From an uncultured cyanobacterium (GTDB taxonomy: Bacteria > Cyanobacteriota > Cyanobacteriia > Cyanobacteriales > Nostocaceae), in the NCBI GenBank assembly GCA_963772205.1, contig CAVYXS010000258.1, forward strand, positions 16,325 through 80,324: a stretch of DNA of 64,000 bases, given 5' to 3'. Both the position numbers and the translations under genes were made by a program. Positions 41,083-51,728 of the stretch are shown here, piece by piece (the stretch's first letter is position 1; every line of letters starts with the position of its first letter). The notes beneath the pieces are model-generated. The model was not told the DNA's origin and searched no databases. It saw nothing but the letters and a program-made list of their open reading frames with translations.

Positions 41083-41889
41083 CTACTGCAGTTTCAAGAA
41101 CTTATCCAAAGCAGCCACCGCACTAGGAGGCCAACGGCGGATATTTGTCACCCAGTTGATATCTTTGTAGCGTTTATCCAATCCATAGGCAGCTACCCAG
41201 TTGCTTTCGGCTTCGCCTTTGTTTCCACTTACCCAATACGCAGCTGTTAACGCAGCACGCATATCAGCAAATTGCGGATATTTGCGGACGATATTTCGCA
41301 TTTCGCGGATGGCTTTGTCTTTGACACCTGTTTCATACAGCGCCAAGGCATAATTAGCACGGGCGAAGGCAAAATTTGGGGATATTTCAAAAGATTTTTT
41401 GTAGTCTTTAATCGCTTCTGACCATTTTCCTAAACCTGCTTTAGCATTACCACGATTGTTATATGCCATTGCGTCTTGAGAATTAAGTTCTAGAACATGA
41501 TTATAATCAGCGATCGCATCAAGCCATTTTCCTAAACCCTCTAACGCTGCACCCCGATTTAAATAAGGATCGCTGACATTGGGCGCTAGCTCAATGGCTT
41601 TGTTGTAATCCAAAAGCGCTGCTTGTAACTTGTTCTGACTGACTCGCGAATTCCCCCGATTACTCCATGCTCCAGCATTGGTGGGAAATTTTGCAATAAT
41701 CTCTGTCCAGTAACGTTCAGCTGTGGCAAAATCACCTTGATTTGTCGCCTCAAACGCCTTATTAGCCAAGTCATCTCCTTGCTGTAATTGTTCTTGAGTA
41801 ATACTAGGCGCTTCTGATAATGCTATGACTGGTGTACCCCAGCCAAACACAAGCAAGAGAGTGAGAAAAATAGCAATTAACTTAATCAT
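41083..41889 (-). CDS. secreted tetratricopeptide repeat protein
   Basis: Signal peptide MIKLIAIFLTLLLVFGWGTPVIALS followed by ~6 TPR units (AWSNRGNSRVSQNKLQAALLDYNKAIEL…). Start chosen at internal Met; the upstream part of ORF 41083..42051 runs into a MITE. Confidence 0.7.
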   Translation of the reverse strand: MIKLIAIFLTLLLVFGWGTPVIALSEAPSITQEQLQQGDDLANKAFEATNQGDFATAERYWTEIIAKFPTNAGAWSNRGNSRVSQNKLQAALLDYNKAIELAPNVSDPYLNRGAALEGLGKWLDAIADYNHVLELNSQDAMAYNNRGNAKAGLGKWSEAIKDYKKSFEISPNFAFARANYALALYETGVKDKAIREMRNIVRKYPQFADMRAALTAAYWVSGNKGEAESNWVAAYGLDKRYKDINWVTNIRRWPPSAVAALDKFLKLQ

Positions 41890-42068
41890 AGGGAATGGGG
41901 AATGGGGAGAAGTTTTATAGCGGTTCTTAGATTGGATGCAATACAAAATTATATCGTCGCGTGTAGGGGCACGGCACTGCCGTGCCCTTACGAGTGTATT
42001 TGACTCCAAGCTGGGAACTAGAAACGCCAAGCTGGGAACTCGAAACTTCACACTCCCTCCAGTCCCTT

Positions 42069-43169
42069 TTAAAGCAAAGACAACTGCTCATTAGGCGGCT
42101 TAAAGCCCAAATGCTTGTAGGCTGCAGTTGTCGCTATTCTGCCACGGGTAGTCCGGCTTAAATAGCCTATTTGCATTAAATAAGGTTCATAAACTTCTTC
42201 TATGGTTTGGGTATCTTCACCCGTCGCAGCGGCTAAGTTTTCTAATCCCACAGGTCCACCATTAAAGTGTTCAATAATCACACTCAGCATTTTCCTGTCT
42301 GTCCAATCTAAGCCGCATGGGTCTACTTGAAATAGATGTAATGCCTCTGCTGCAACGCTTTCGTTTATTTCACCCAATAATTTTACCTCTGTATAATCAC
42401 GTACTCGCTTGAGTAATCTATTGGCGATACGTGGTGTTCCCCGCGCCCGACGAGCAATTTCTGTGGCGCCATCTTCGGCGATCGCGGTTTGAAGTATTTG
42501 TGCAGTTTGCAGGACAATTTGGGTGAGTTCGTCAACTTCGTAAAATCGCAGTTTCTGAATTAAGCCAAAGCGATCGCGTAGTGGTGAAGAGAGGGCACCT
42601 GCACGTGTTGTCGCTCCCACTAAAGTAAATTTTGACAAGGGTATACTGCGAATGCGAGCGCTGGAACCTTTACCGATGGTAATATCTAGGCGATAATCCT
42701 CCATTGCCGGATAAAGAATTTCTTCTGTCATTCGCGAAAGACGATGAATTTCATCCACAAACAAAATATCTCCTGGTTTTAAGTTCACCAGTAGCCCTAC
42801 AATATCCCGTGGACGTTCTAGTGCTGGCGCACTAGTTATTTTGCAGTTTACCCCCATCTCTGATGCTAAAATCATTGCCATTGTGGTTTTTCCCAATCCC
42901 GGCGGCCCGTACAGCAGCAAGTGATCCAGCACTTCACTCCGTGACTTAGCTGCTTTTATGGCAATATCTAGCACATCCTTTAGGTCTTTTTGCCCAATGT
43001 AATCAGCAAATCGCTGGGGTCGAATAGTCTCTTCTTGCTTATCTTGCTCATCAATAGCGGCTTCAGCTTGCAAAAGGTCTGGTTTAGGAGGAGCTTTCGC
43101 CAACTCTCGCTGCTGCTTTGGTTGTCCATTGGGTTCTGGAGGCTGTTTTTTCGAGGAGATAATCGCCAT
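42069..43169 (-). CDS. ruvB: Holliday junction branch migration DNA helicase RuvB
   Basis: [23 protein letters not shown] Walker A, FVDEIHRL, RuvB C-terminal winged helix. 366 aa. Confidence 0.95.
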   Translation of the reverse strand: MAIISSKKQPPEPNGQPKQQRELAKAPPKPDLLQAEAAIDEQDKQEETIRPQRFADYIGQKDLKDVLDIAIKAAKSRSEVLDHLLLYGPPGLGKTTMAMILASEMGVNCKITSAPALERPRDIVGLLVNLKPGDILFVDEIHRLSRMTEEILYPAMEDYRLDITIGKGSSARIRSIPLSKFTLVGATTRAGALSSPLRDRFGLIQKLRFYEVDELTQIVLQTAQILQTAIAEDGATEIARRARGTPRIANRLLKRVRDYTEVKLLGEINESVAAEALHLFQVDPCGLDWTDRKMLSVIIEHFNGGPVGLENLAAATGEDTQTIEEVYEPYLMQIGYLSRTTRGRIATTAAYKHLGFKPPNEQLSLL

Positions 43170-43323
43170 AATTCAGCTATCTACTTTAACTTGAGGATTG
43201 TGTCAGCGCCAACTTGGCGGTAAAACTGCGAAGAATCACGGTGGCAAAAATTTTGTTTTGGAAATACACACGCCCATTTAAAATTTAAATTCCGGACAAT
43301 TACCCAGGAGTGGAAAAGTTGTT

Positions 43324-44115
43324 ATGTTATCTAAAAGAATCTTACCTTGCTTGGATGTGAAGGCGGGACGGGTTGTTAAAGGAGTTAATTTCGTTAATCT
43401 GCAGGATGCGGGTGATCCGGTAGAACTGGCAAAGGTTTATAACGAAGCCGGTGCAGATGAGTTAGTGTTTCTGGATATTACAGCGACTCATGAAGACCGG
43501 GATACGATTATTGACGTGGTTTACCGCACTGCAGAGCAGGTCTTTATTCCATTGACTGTGGGTGGTGGTATTCAATCCTTAGAAAATGTTAAAGGTTTGT
43601 TACGAGCGGGCGCAGACAAGGTTAGTATTAATTCTGCGGCAGTACGCGACCCAGACTTTATTAATCGGGCAAGCGATCGCTTTGGTAATCAGTGTATAGT
43701 TGTTGCTATTGATGCCAGACGAAGACTAGACCCCACGAATCCTGGTTGGGATGTGTATGTGCGAGGTGGCAGAGAAAACACAGGCAAAGATGCTTTACTT
43801 TGGGCGCAAGAAGTGGAAAAACGCGGCGCAGGTGAACTGCTAGTAACAAGTATGGATGCTGACGGGACTAAAGCCGGTTATGACATCGAATTGACAAAAT
43901 CTATCGCTAATGCTGTACAAATTCCTGTAGTTGCTTCTGGTGGCGCTGGTAATTGTGAACACATCCACGCTGCATTGACTGAAGGCAAAGCCGAAGCCGC
44001 CTTACTCGCCTCACTCTTACATTATGGTGAATTAAGCGTCATCCAAATTAAAAATTATCTGCGCGATCGCTCTGTACCAGTACGAATGCTCTGTGATCTA
44101 GAAGTTAGTGCTTAA
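43324..44115 (+). CDS. hisF: imidazole glycerol phosphate synthase cyclase subunit
   Basis: [54 protein letters not shown], a canonical HisF sequence. Confidence 0.95.
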   Translation: MLSKRILPCLDVKAGRVVKGVNFVNLQDAGDPVELAKVYNEAGADELVFLDITATHEDRDTIIDVVYRTAEQVFIPLTVGGGIQSLENVKGLLRAGADKVSINSAAVRDPDFINRASDRFGNQCIVVAIDARRRLDPTNPGWDVYVRGGRENTGKDALLWAQEVEKRGAGELLVTSMDADGTKAGYDIELTKSIANAVQIPVVASGGAGNCEHIHAALTEGKAEAALLASLLHYGELSVIQIKNYLRDRSVPVRMLCDLEVSA

Positions 44116-44291
44116 TACTTCTTCCCACTCGTCACCGCTAAGAAAAAGAAAGATTTTATCGTTTGTTCTGTGTTAACTACATGGAGGTTTAGCTTGAAAT
44201 TCAGCATCCAACTACATCTATCCCTGGTTAGAGACAGTTGCCTAAAAGAGTGTTAGCATTAATTTACAAGTATTAATAAATATTAAGAAAT

Positions 44292-44483
44292 ATGTTGATT
44301 CCTATTTTGCTGTTTGATGTCGCGCTCGTGGCTTGGTCACTCCACCTCATGGAGAAAGCGTTTGAACATAAAGAATTTTCTCTCATGTTGGCTGGTACAT
44401 TGGTTGCCCTTGCTGCTGCTGCCATGTTGGTAGTTTACTTTCTCATGGGGCACTGTATGAGCTATTTACTCAAGGTGTCTTAG
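44292..44483 (+). CDS. small hypothetical membrane protein (two predicted TM helices)
   Basis: 63-aa ORF with two hydrophobic segments. Intergenic position, no conflicting gene. Confidence 0.3.
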   Translation: MLIPILLFDVALVAWSLHLMEKAFEHKEFSLMLAGTLVALAAAAMLVVYFLMGHCMSYLLKVS

Positions 44484-44754
44484 TCAAGTGTTGAATGCTG
44501 AATCCTCATATCAGCCACAATACTTTACATTTTTTTTAACATTGCACCCGGAATATGGGTGACAACAGCGTTTAGGTAAATAGACCACCCTTCTGGGGCT
44601 GACGACGTGCGCCTTTACGAATATAAGTTGTACAATAGATATCTTGCAAAAGTGCCCTAAAACCCCAACCCCAGACCGTATACAGTCCGGGGAGACTTTG
44701 ACGCAAGTCCAAGGCGGGGTGGGGTTCCTTGGTTTGATTTATAACTGCTGTAAG

Positions 44755-45441
44755 TTAACTTCCCGGTAAATTTCGTAACCGCTCATTTAAATGATTGCGG
44801 TCTGCCAAAGCGTGTAACAAGGGGCCATGTGAGGTAAACTCTACAATACTTACTGACCCAACCGGACACCCCAAACGATAGCGGAAGCGTCCCACATCAA
44901 TGCCCAACAGGCTGCACAGAATAATTCTGATGGTAGCTTTGTGAGCAACAACTAAAACATTACCACTACTATAAAGTTGCTGAATTTCTGCAATTACTTG
45001 TATAGCGCGAGATGCGATTGTTACAGCCCTTTCTCCCTCTGTTGGCGCATACCAAGCAGGGTCTGCTGTCCAACGTAGATAATCATCGTGATATTCTTGG
45101 GTGATGATGTCTGGGGTTTTACCTTCCCATTTGCCATAATGAATTTCTTTCAAACCATCGCGCAGTTCTGGTTGTATTCCTATGGCTGCACATAGGGGTT
45201 TTGCTGTTGCCACAGTTCGCCGCATGGGACTAGAAAAAACCGCTGTCCAAGGTGTAGAACTATATGCAACAGCAAAAGCTTCTGCCATTTCCACGCCTTC
45301 TGGGGTTAACTCTGTGTCTATTGAACCGCAATAAGCGTTATTTCGGCTGGATTCTGTTTGTCCGTGACGGAGAAAATAAAGAGTTAGGCTCAAGGTTCTG
45401 TTCTCACTGGGTTGAAGATAGGGACTAGGGACTGGGGACAC
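44755..45441 (-). CDS. histidine phosphatase (phosphoglycerate mutase) family protein
   Basis: RHG catalytic motif LYFLRHGQTESS. 228 aa. Confidence 0.8.
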   Translation of the reverse strand: MSPVPSPYLQPSENRTLSLTLYFLRHGQTESSRNNAYCGSIDTELTPEGVEMAEAFAVAYSSTPWTAVFSSPMRRTVATAKPLCAAIGIQPELRDGLKEIHYGKWEGKTPDIITQEYHDDYLRWTADPAWYAPTEGERAVTIASRAIQVIAEIQQLYSSGNVLVVAHKATIRIILCSLLGIDVGRFRYRLGCPVGSVSIVEFTSHGPLLHALADRNHLNERLRNLPGS

Positions 45442-45692
45442 TTCCCACCCTCAATTACTATAGGACTTACGCAAGTGTCACAAAAAAATTAAATTTTTTC
45501 AGTGTAGTCAGGACTTTAGTCCTGACCTTGAGGAATAAAGTCAATAATATGTCAGTTGCGTAAGTCCTGTACTATAGGGGTTTATCGCCAAGCGTGAGGT
45601 ACACCCATAGGGGCACGGCAGTGCCGTGCCCCTACACCGCGTGATACGATTTTGTACCTTATCTAAATGGGAAGTGCTATAATGAGCAACTA

Positions 45693-46535
45693 TTAAGAGA
45701 GTTGGAACAGGAATGTCATCAAATCTCCCTTACCTAAACTGATGCGATCGCCTGGTCTCAAACGGTGTCTGTTACCCGGTAATAGCGGCAAATTGTTAAT
45801 GTAAGTGCCATTAGAACTACCTACATCTTCGATATAATGAGCGTCTGCCTCAACACGAATGTCTGCATGAATCCGTGAAACAATTTCCGAATTAGGAAAA
45901 CCTGACACATCGATATCAGGAGGAATACGGTCATTTGCTTTGCCAATATGAACCACAGACAGAGTTTGAGGTAATTCAATGTCTGTGTCGCTTTGAACAT
46001 GGTATAGCCTTGCTGTCACCTGCTGTAATTGCGTTCTGGCAGGACTAACGGGGGCAGCGACTGGTTCCGGTGGTGCAGCAACTGGCTCCGGTGGTGCGGC
46101 GACTGGTTCCGGTGGTGCAGCGACTGGTTCCGGTGGTGCAGCAACTGGTTCCGGTGGTGCAGCAACTGGTTCCGGTGGTGCGGCGACTGGTTCCGGGGTG
46201 ACGGCGACTGGTTCCGGGGTGACGGCGACTGGAGCAACAGCCATCGCTGTTGCTGGTAAACCGGAAACAGCAGTGGGGGTACCGAGTGGTAAAGGGTCAG
46301 GGGTAACTAACGGCGGTACAGGGATTTCGGGTGCTACAGTTGCTACTACTGCAGTTGCAGGAACAGCGGCAGATGAGTGTAGATTATAACCACATTGACC
46401 ACAGAAAGCGGCATCTGCCTGCACAGTAGCCCCACAGCTGGGACAATTACTAGTTGCTGGTAACGGCGTATAACAAGCTTCGCACTGGACAGCGCCGTCT
46501 GGGTTGGGATGATTGCAATTGGGACAGACGATCAT
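45693..46535 (-). CDS. zinc-ribbon + proline-rich repeat + FHA domain protein
   Basis: N-terminal double zinc ribbon (CPNCNHPNP…CEAC; CPSCGATV…CGQCG). Eight tandem PEPVAAP units (21-nt repeats). C-terminal FHA (YIEDVGSSNGTYINNLPLLPGNRHRLRPGDRISLG). Start taken at Met31 of ORF (MIVCPNC). Confidence 0.75.
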   Translation of the reverse strand: MIVCPNCNHPNPDGAVQCEACYTPLPATSNCPSCGATVQADAAFCGQCGYNLHSSAAVPATAVVATVAPEIPVPPLVTPDPLPLGTPTAVSGLPATAMAVAPVAVTPEPVAVTPEPVAAPPEPVAAPPEPVAAPPEPVAAPPEPVAAPPEPVAAPPEPVAAPVSPARTQLQQVTARLYHVQSDTDIELPQTLSVVHIGKANDRIPPDIDVSGFPNSEIVSRIHADIRVEADAHYIEDVGSSNGTYINNLPLLPGNRHRLRPGDRISLGKGDLMTFLFQLS

Positions 46536-46676
46536 GGATTTCCGCCTTTGTTCAAGATGATCGTAAAATTGTACTGGCAAGCAGAGAGAACTCCTAGCCG
46601 CACAAGTCGCGGCTCGATAGTTCAACAGAGGAGCGACTCTAGCAATAGATTCTCACAATTACTCCTGATGGGAAAG

Positions 46677-47399
46677 TCAAGCTGGGAGTTCCGCACCTGC
46701 AGAGCGATCCAGCAACCACAAGAGTTCTCCTTGGGGTTGAATGAAGCGAGAAGGGTAGGTGAATTCATCAGCTACGGGTGCAAAGACTTGAGCTAAAGCG
46801 GGTCGTTTATTAGCACCTGCAACCAAAAAAATCACACTCCTAGCCGCGTTGATGAATGGATAGGTAAAGGTGATGCGGAGGCTGCTATCTTTGTTACCCA
46901 CAGTAATCAGGCGATCGCGAACTTTTAACGCCTCTGTGTGCGGAAACAAAGATGCTGTATGGGCATCATCTCCCATTCCTAGCAAGACTACATCGAGAGC
47001 GGGAAACTCTCCGGATGCCGTATGAAAAAATTCTTGTAGATGCTGTTCATACTTAGTCGCTGCTAGGGCTGGATCGCTTTCTGTGGTGGGTATGGGGTGA
47101 ATATTAGCCGCTGGGATATCAACACGATCTAGCCATGCGCGACGCGCCATCAGTTCATTGCTATCGGGATGATCCGGTGGGACATAACGTTCATCCCCCC
47201 AGAATACATGAATTTTATCCCAAGGCAGTTTTTGATTAGCAATCGCCTCGTACAACGGCTTAGGAGTACTACCGCCAGCTAAAGCAATAGTAAACCGCCC
47301 CCGCTGTTCAATAGCAGTTTCTATCTTCGACAATATTAACTCTAGCGCTCGCGCTACGAGCGCGGCCTGATCCGGTAGAACTTCAACCGTTTTGTTCAT
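46677..47399 (-). CDS. pgl: 6-phosphogluconolactonase
   Basis: FTIALAGGSTPKPLYEAIANQKLPWDKIHVFWGDERYVPPDHPDSN is the Pgl/DevB family signature. Confidence 0.9.
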   Translation of the reverse strand: MNKTVEVLPDQAALVARALELILSKIETAIEQRGRFTIALAGGSTPKPLYEAIANQKLPWDKIHVFWGDERYVPPDHPDSNELMARRAWLDRVDIPAANIHPIPTTESDPALAATKYEQHLQEFFHTASGEFPALDVVLLGMGDDAHTASLFPHTEALKVRDRLITVGNKDSSLRITFTYPFINAARSVIFLVAGANKRPALAQVFAPVADEFTYPSRFIQPQGELLWLLDRSAGAELPA

Positions 47400-47572
47400 C
47401 GCTTCTTCATCACATTGCCGGCTTCCAGCAATACAATACCGAACTTATGACTATTTTCCGGTTTAACTTTTGAAACTTTTAACATCATTCGGGTATGGGG
47501 CACTTGTACTGAGCGAAGCCGTTGGCGTAGCCTCTCGTAGAGAAGTATGGGGCAATTATTTTCCTTCTCGCC

Positions 47573-48316
47573 CTAATCCGCGACAAACACCACCTCCCAA
47601 TCGGGAATCACTTCTCGCTGGGCGATTAATAATTGCTGTATGCCTTTTTCTGCAAAATCTAGCAACTGATTTAACTCGGTACGGTTAAAGCTACCTTCTT
47701 CCGCTGTTCCTTGGATTTCGATGATCCCCAGATTTTGATTCATCACCACGTTGAAATCTACTGCAGCGGCTACGTCTTCAATGTAGTTCAGGTCTAAAAA
47801 TGGCTCTCCCTGTAATAACCCTACAGAAACTGCTGCTACCTGTCCACACAGGGGCGATCGCTCTAATACTCTCTGCTGCAATAATTGAGAAATGGCATGA
47901 GCTAAGGCGACAAAAGAGCCTGTAATTGCTGTTGTTCTGGTTCCTGCATCTGCTTGCAATACATCAGCATCAACTGTCAGGGTGCGTTCTCCCAGGACTT
48001 CAAAATCCAGTGCAGCGCGTAAGCTACGTCCAATCAAACGTTGAATTTCTTGTGTCCTTCCTGACAACTTCAACAATTCCCTTTCATTTCGCTGTTGTGT
48101 AGCACTGGGTAACATGCGATATTCTGCAGTTAACCAACCTTTACCCGTTCCTGCTAAAAACTTGGGCACTCCTTCAGTCACGCTGACGGTACAGAGTACT
48201 TGAGTGTCACCGCATTTTGTGAGTACAGAACCAGGCGCAAAGCGGGTGAATCCGGGGTGAAAGCTAATCGGACGGAGTTCGTAGGGTTGACGACCGTCTG
48301 GACGCTGCCAAACCAT
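47573..48316 (-). CDS. rph: ribonuclease PH
   Basis: [46 protein letters not shown]…, a canonical RNase PH sequence. Start at internal Met (ORF opens at 48376). Confidence 0.9.
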   Translation of the reverse strand: MVWQRPDGRQPYELRPISFHPGFTRFAPGSVLTKCGDTQVLCTVSVTEGVPKFLAGTGKGWLTAEYRMLPSATQQRNERELLKLSGRTQEIQRLIGRSLRAALDFEVLGERTLTVDADVLQADAGTRTTAITGSFVALAHAISQLLQQRVLERSPLCGQVAAVSVGLLQGEPFLDLNYIEDVAAAVDFNVVMNQNLGIIEIQGTAEEGSFNRTELNQLLDFAEKGIQQLLIAQREVIPDWEVVFVAD

Positions 48317-48424
48317 TGGAATTGCCTCAAAAGTTTTACAATACTGCTTTAAGGGTACCTTAGTGTTGCGATGCATCTGATTATGAGCGGTAAGGGACTA
48401 AAGTCCTGATTACGAACTTACCCA

Positions 48425-48991
48425 CTAGGTATTGTGTTCAGGAACTGAAAGCAGATTCATAATATTTTGCTCAACCATCTGAGGTAACTGGTCGCCGTTG
48501 ATAGTCAATAGCAGGCGACGACGGTCATAATATTCCAGGATGGGGATAGTGCGATCGTAAAATAATTCTATCCGACGCTGCACAATTTCCGGCTGCTCAT
48601 CTGGAAGCGATCGCCCCAAACAGCGATTAACCATAACGGCTTCTGGTACTTGTAAATAAATTGCCCAATCTAATTTTTTCCCTAAATAGTCCAACAAAAA
48701 ATCTAATTCCTCAGCTTGGAAGGCAGTACGGGGATAGCCTTCTAATAGCCAACCACTATTGGTATCAATTTTTTTTAGCCACATTTTGATTAATGCAATC
48801 ATCATTTCGTCGGGGACTAGTTCCCCTTTTTGTACGTATGGTTCTGCATGGCGTCCCAGGTTGCTTAAGCTAGCAATTGCTTCCCTTAAAATCTCACCTG
48901 TAGAAATTTGCGGAATATCAAAAGTTCTACAAAGCCTTTGTGCTTGAGTGCTTTTCCCCAATCCTGAACCTCCCAGAATCACCAATCTCAC
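48425..48991 (-). CDS. adk: adenylate kinase family protein
   Basis: P-loop ILGGSGLGKSTQAQRL, ISTGEILR, LLEGYPRT NMP-binding motif. 188 aa. Confidence 0.8.
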   Translation of the reverse strand: MRLVILGGSGLGKSTQAQRLCRTFDIPQISTGEILREAIASLSNLGRHAEPYVQKGELVPDEMMIALIKMWLKKIDTNSGWLLEGYPRTAFQAEELDFLLDYLGKKLDWAIYLQVPEAVMVNRCLGRSLPDEQPEIVQRRIELFYDRTIPILEYYDRRRLLLTINGDQLPQMVEQNIMNLLSVPEHNT

Positions 48992-49434
48992 AAAAATTTA
49001 CTCCTCATGTTATCAAATTCACCACTCTCTAACTCTGTTTTGCCCAAACCAACGGTAAATCTAACATTTGTTGATTTTCAGGCACTATACCCATTCTTTA
49101 GCTTTATTTCCGGTTTTATTCGTCTATTTTCATGTTTATAGCTAGTTTCATCCACAAGACACCTGTGTTAATTTGAGCTACTGTTGACTTCAGCACAAAC
49201 CTAGTGATTCACTAAGAATGTAGCTTGCCAAATACACTACACTAGTACCGTGCGGCGTAAATACGCCTACCATTTCTCAAGACTGCAAATGATGATTGTT
49301 TCAAGGTTCATAATGGTGGGTTTATTTCCGCCATGCTGTACTAGTAAAAAACAGATTGATTATACAGATAGATTTGTGATAAATATTTTCAGCAATAACT
49401 CTTCAATTATTTGTCAGATTTTCAACTTTAATTT

Positions 49435-49971
49435 ATGTTGATCCAGCTAGAAACCCCAAGTGTAAATTCGAGCCTAAGCTTACCATGTCCAGTGGAAGGA
49501 TTAGTGCAAGTTTTTACTAGTTCCCATCGTAACTTTTTTACGAGTGTTATGGCACAAGCACTGAGAATTGCTGGTCAAGGTACACCAGTGTTAGTAGTGC
49601 AGTTCCTTAAAGGTGGCATTCGTCAAGGACAGGAACGACCCATGCATCTAGGACAAAATTTAGACTGGATTCGCTGTGATTTGCCTCGTTGTATTGATAC
49701 ACCACAGCTAGATGATTCAGAAAAGGAAGCTTTACAAAAATTGTGGCAATATACACAACGTATAGTCTGTGATGGTAAGTATTCTCTCGTAGTTTTAGAT
49801 GAATTAAGTTTAGCGATCAATTTTGGTTTAATTCCCGAAAGCGAAGTTTTAGCGTTTTTAGCACAACGCCCTCCCCATGTCGATATTATTCTCACTGGGC
49901 CAGAAATGCCAAAATCTCTTTTGGATGTAGCAGATCAAATTACAGAAATTCGGCGTAGTCATCGCCCGTGA
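49435..49971 (+). CDS. CobO/BtuR (cob(I)yrinic acid a,c-diamide adenosyltransferase)-like protein with degenerate P-loop
   Basis: GLVQVFT…ALRIAGQGTPVLVVQFLKGG…LVVLDELSLAINFGLIPESEVLAFLAQRPPHVDIILTG matches the CobO family. The expected GNGKGKTTA P-loop is replaced by SSHRNFFTS. Confidence 0.65.
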   Translation: MLIQLETPSVNSSLSLPCPVEGLVQVFTSSHRNFFTSVMAQALRIAGQGTPVLVVQFLKGGIRQGQERPMHLGQNLDWIRCDLPRCIDTPQLDDSEKEALQKLWQYTQRIVCDGKYSLVVLDELSLAINFGLIPESEVLAFLAQRPPHVDIILTGPEMPKSLLDVADQITEIRRSHRP

Positions 49972-50196
49972 AGAATGTACCACTTCACGATATCCTAGTA
50001 CTCTGTCAAGATAAAAATGATCGACTGTAGTGCAGGCAGCGTTCGACTGAGCGCTCACGCCGTACCCCTCCGGGGAAGCAAGCTGCGCGTAGCGTCCCGC
50101 ACTTAAGTCTTGCCCGCGTGAGCGAGACTACCAATAAATCCCTCAAAACAAAATTGACAGACTACTAGTAAGTCGGTTTGAATTAACTGTAAACTT

Positions 50197-50796
50197 GTGA
50201 TTAAAAACGATATCTGGATTACGGAAATGGCTCAAAAGGGTATGATTTCGCCCTTTGAACCTAGTTTAATCAGAAAAGTACAAAAAGATGCCGATTTAGA
50301 AGTTCGACCTGTAATCAGTTATGGTCTGTCTTCCTATGGCTATGATATCCGCCTTTCTCCGGCTGAGTTCCGCATTTTTTGCCACATTCCCGGAACTGTA
50401 GTTGATCCGAAAAACTTTAATCCTCAAAATTTGGCAGCAACACAGCTACACACGGATATTAATGGTAGTTATTTTATTTTACCTGCTCATTCCTATGGAT
50501 TAGGGGTTGCTTTAGAAAAATTAGAGATTCCAGACAATATTACTGTAATCTGCATAGGTAAATCTACATATGCTCGTTGTGGTATAATAGCAAATTTAAC
50601 ACCTGCAGAAGCTGCATGGCGCGGTCATCTTACCTTGGAATTTTCCAATTCTTCTAGTGCTGACTGTCGCATCTATGCTAATGAAGGTGTGGTGCAATTG
50701 CTATTTTTAGAAGGTGAACCCTGCGCTATCAGTTATGAAGCACGCCAGGGTAAATATCAGGATCAAGCAGAAATTGTGACTTTGGCTAAAGTCTAA
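50197..50796 (+). CDS. dcd: dCTP deaminase
   Basis: MISPFEPSLIRKVQKDADLEVRPVISYGLSSYGYDIRLS… dUTPase-like fold. 199 aa. Confidence 0.85.
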   Translation: MIKNDIWITEMAQKGMISPFEPSLIRKVQKDADLEVRPVISYGLSSYGYDIRLSPAEFRIFCHIPGTVVDPKNFNPQNLAATQLHTDINGSYFILPAHSYGLGVALEKLEIPDNITVICIGKSTYARCGIIANLTPAEAAWRGHLTLEFSNSSSADCRIYANEGVVQLLFLEGEPCAISYEARQGKYQDQAEIVTLAKV

Positions 50797-50870
50797 TCTT
50801 TGCCGTTAAAATCAGATTTGGATTTGGCAAGGTAATTAGCGATACTTAGAAGACTTGAATTTTGAATTGG

Positions 50871-51593
50871 CTAAGGTGCTAATCTGGCCTTGCCCAAACG
50901 AGATTTTTCATACCATTGTGCGATCGCTGGCACCCACTCGGCAAAATGAGGCCACATTAGTTCACATAACTTTTGAATTTCCAGTTGAGCATCTTTCTTA
51001 TTTCTCAAGTCGCAAAAATGCAAGAATGACCTGAGATTAAAACTGACTACAAAATGCTGACGATAATCAAAGGGTACTTTCCCCCTGGCGTGTTCTTCAG
51101 ACATTCCCCCTTCAAAATCAGCTTTATATCGTTTAGCTGCTTCCAGACACCATTGCAAATCTGCTGCTCGTTGCTCTGGTGAATAGTAGTATTTTTTGCC
51201 TTGTCTATCAGTGTAATAGTCAACAGGGCGTAGGTAGAAAACATCTTCAATGTCTTTGTTTCCCTCTACTACTTCGATAAATTGGTTGCCAGTATATCTA
51301 AAAGATTGAACGTCAAATGATACACTAATTCTATGAGTACGCGCTTGCTGCATCACACTGTGGGGAAAGTAGCCACAGTTGAAAACAATCTGAGGATGCT
51401 CTAATGGTCCATAGTGTCCCCTTTCTCCTGCTAGTAGCCGCTTGACTATAACTTCGCCACATTCTGACTCAGAAGGCCATGAGTCTTTTTCATCATAAAC
51501 AAACTTGTCGGTATAGTCTTGGTGCATTGCGGCATAAATCACCTGCTGGGGGTTTGGGGTTTTGGTAATAACTTCTACTCGGAATCGATGCAT
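50871..51593 (-). CDS. thyX: FAD-dependent thymidylate synthase
   Basis: ThyX motif RHR..S in QQARTHRISVSFDVQSFRY. 240 aa. Confidence 0.9.
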   Translation of the reverse strand: MHRFRVEVITKTPNPQQVIYAAMHQDYTDKFVYDEKDSWPSESECGEVIVKRLLAGERGHYGPLEHPQIVFNCGYFPHSVMQQARTHRISVSFDVQSFRYTGNQFIEVVEGNKDIEDVFYLRPVDYYTDRQGKKYYYSPEQRAADLQWCLEAAKRYKADFEGGMSEEHARGKVPFDYRQHFVVSFNLRSFLHFCDLRNKKDAQLEIQKLCELMWPHFAEWVPAIAQWYEKSRLGKARLAP

Positions 51594-51710
51594 TGGTTTT
51601 CTTCAACTGGGTACAAATGAGGACTCTAGCTTGTTGGTTGGGCGAGAAACTCAATCGATCATCATATATCGTTGGGCAGACTCAGATACTTTACAAAAAT
51701 TAATTTAGTT

Positions 51711-51728
51711 GTTACACTTCTTTACATA
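51711..51728 (+). promoter_or_regulatory. HLR1-type direct repeat (RpaB-type high-light regulatory element) upstream of hli
   Basis: GTTACACT-TC-TTTACATA matches (G/T)TTACA(T/A)(T/A)-N2-(G/T)TTACA(T/A)(T/A). A third TTTACAAA half-site lies 12 nt upstream (51691-51698). Sits ~25-40 nt before the hli ATG. Confidence 0.5.

Noticed and set aside
46016-46389. ORFs 46016..46237 (-), 46029..46259 (+), 46198..46389 (+) with RNQSP / WFRWCS repeats
   Set aside because: Frame-shifted readings of the (PEPVAAP)n 21-nt repeat inside the FHA protein gene.
49985-50110. Cobalamin riboswitch between the cobO-like gene and dcd
   Set aside because: No B12-box (GCCACTG-like) or the characteristic multi-stem junction could be recognised. 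It is downstream of, not upstream of, the cobalamin gene.
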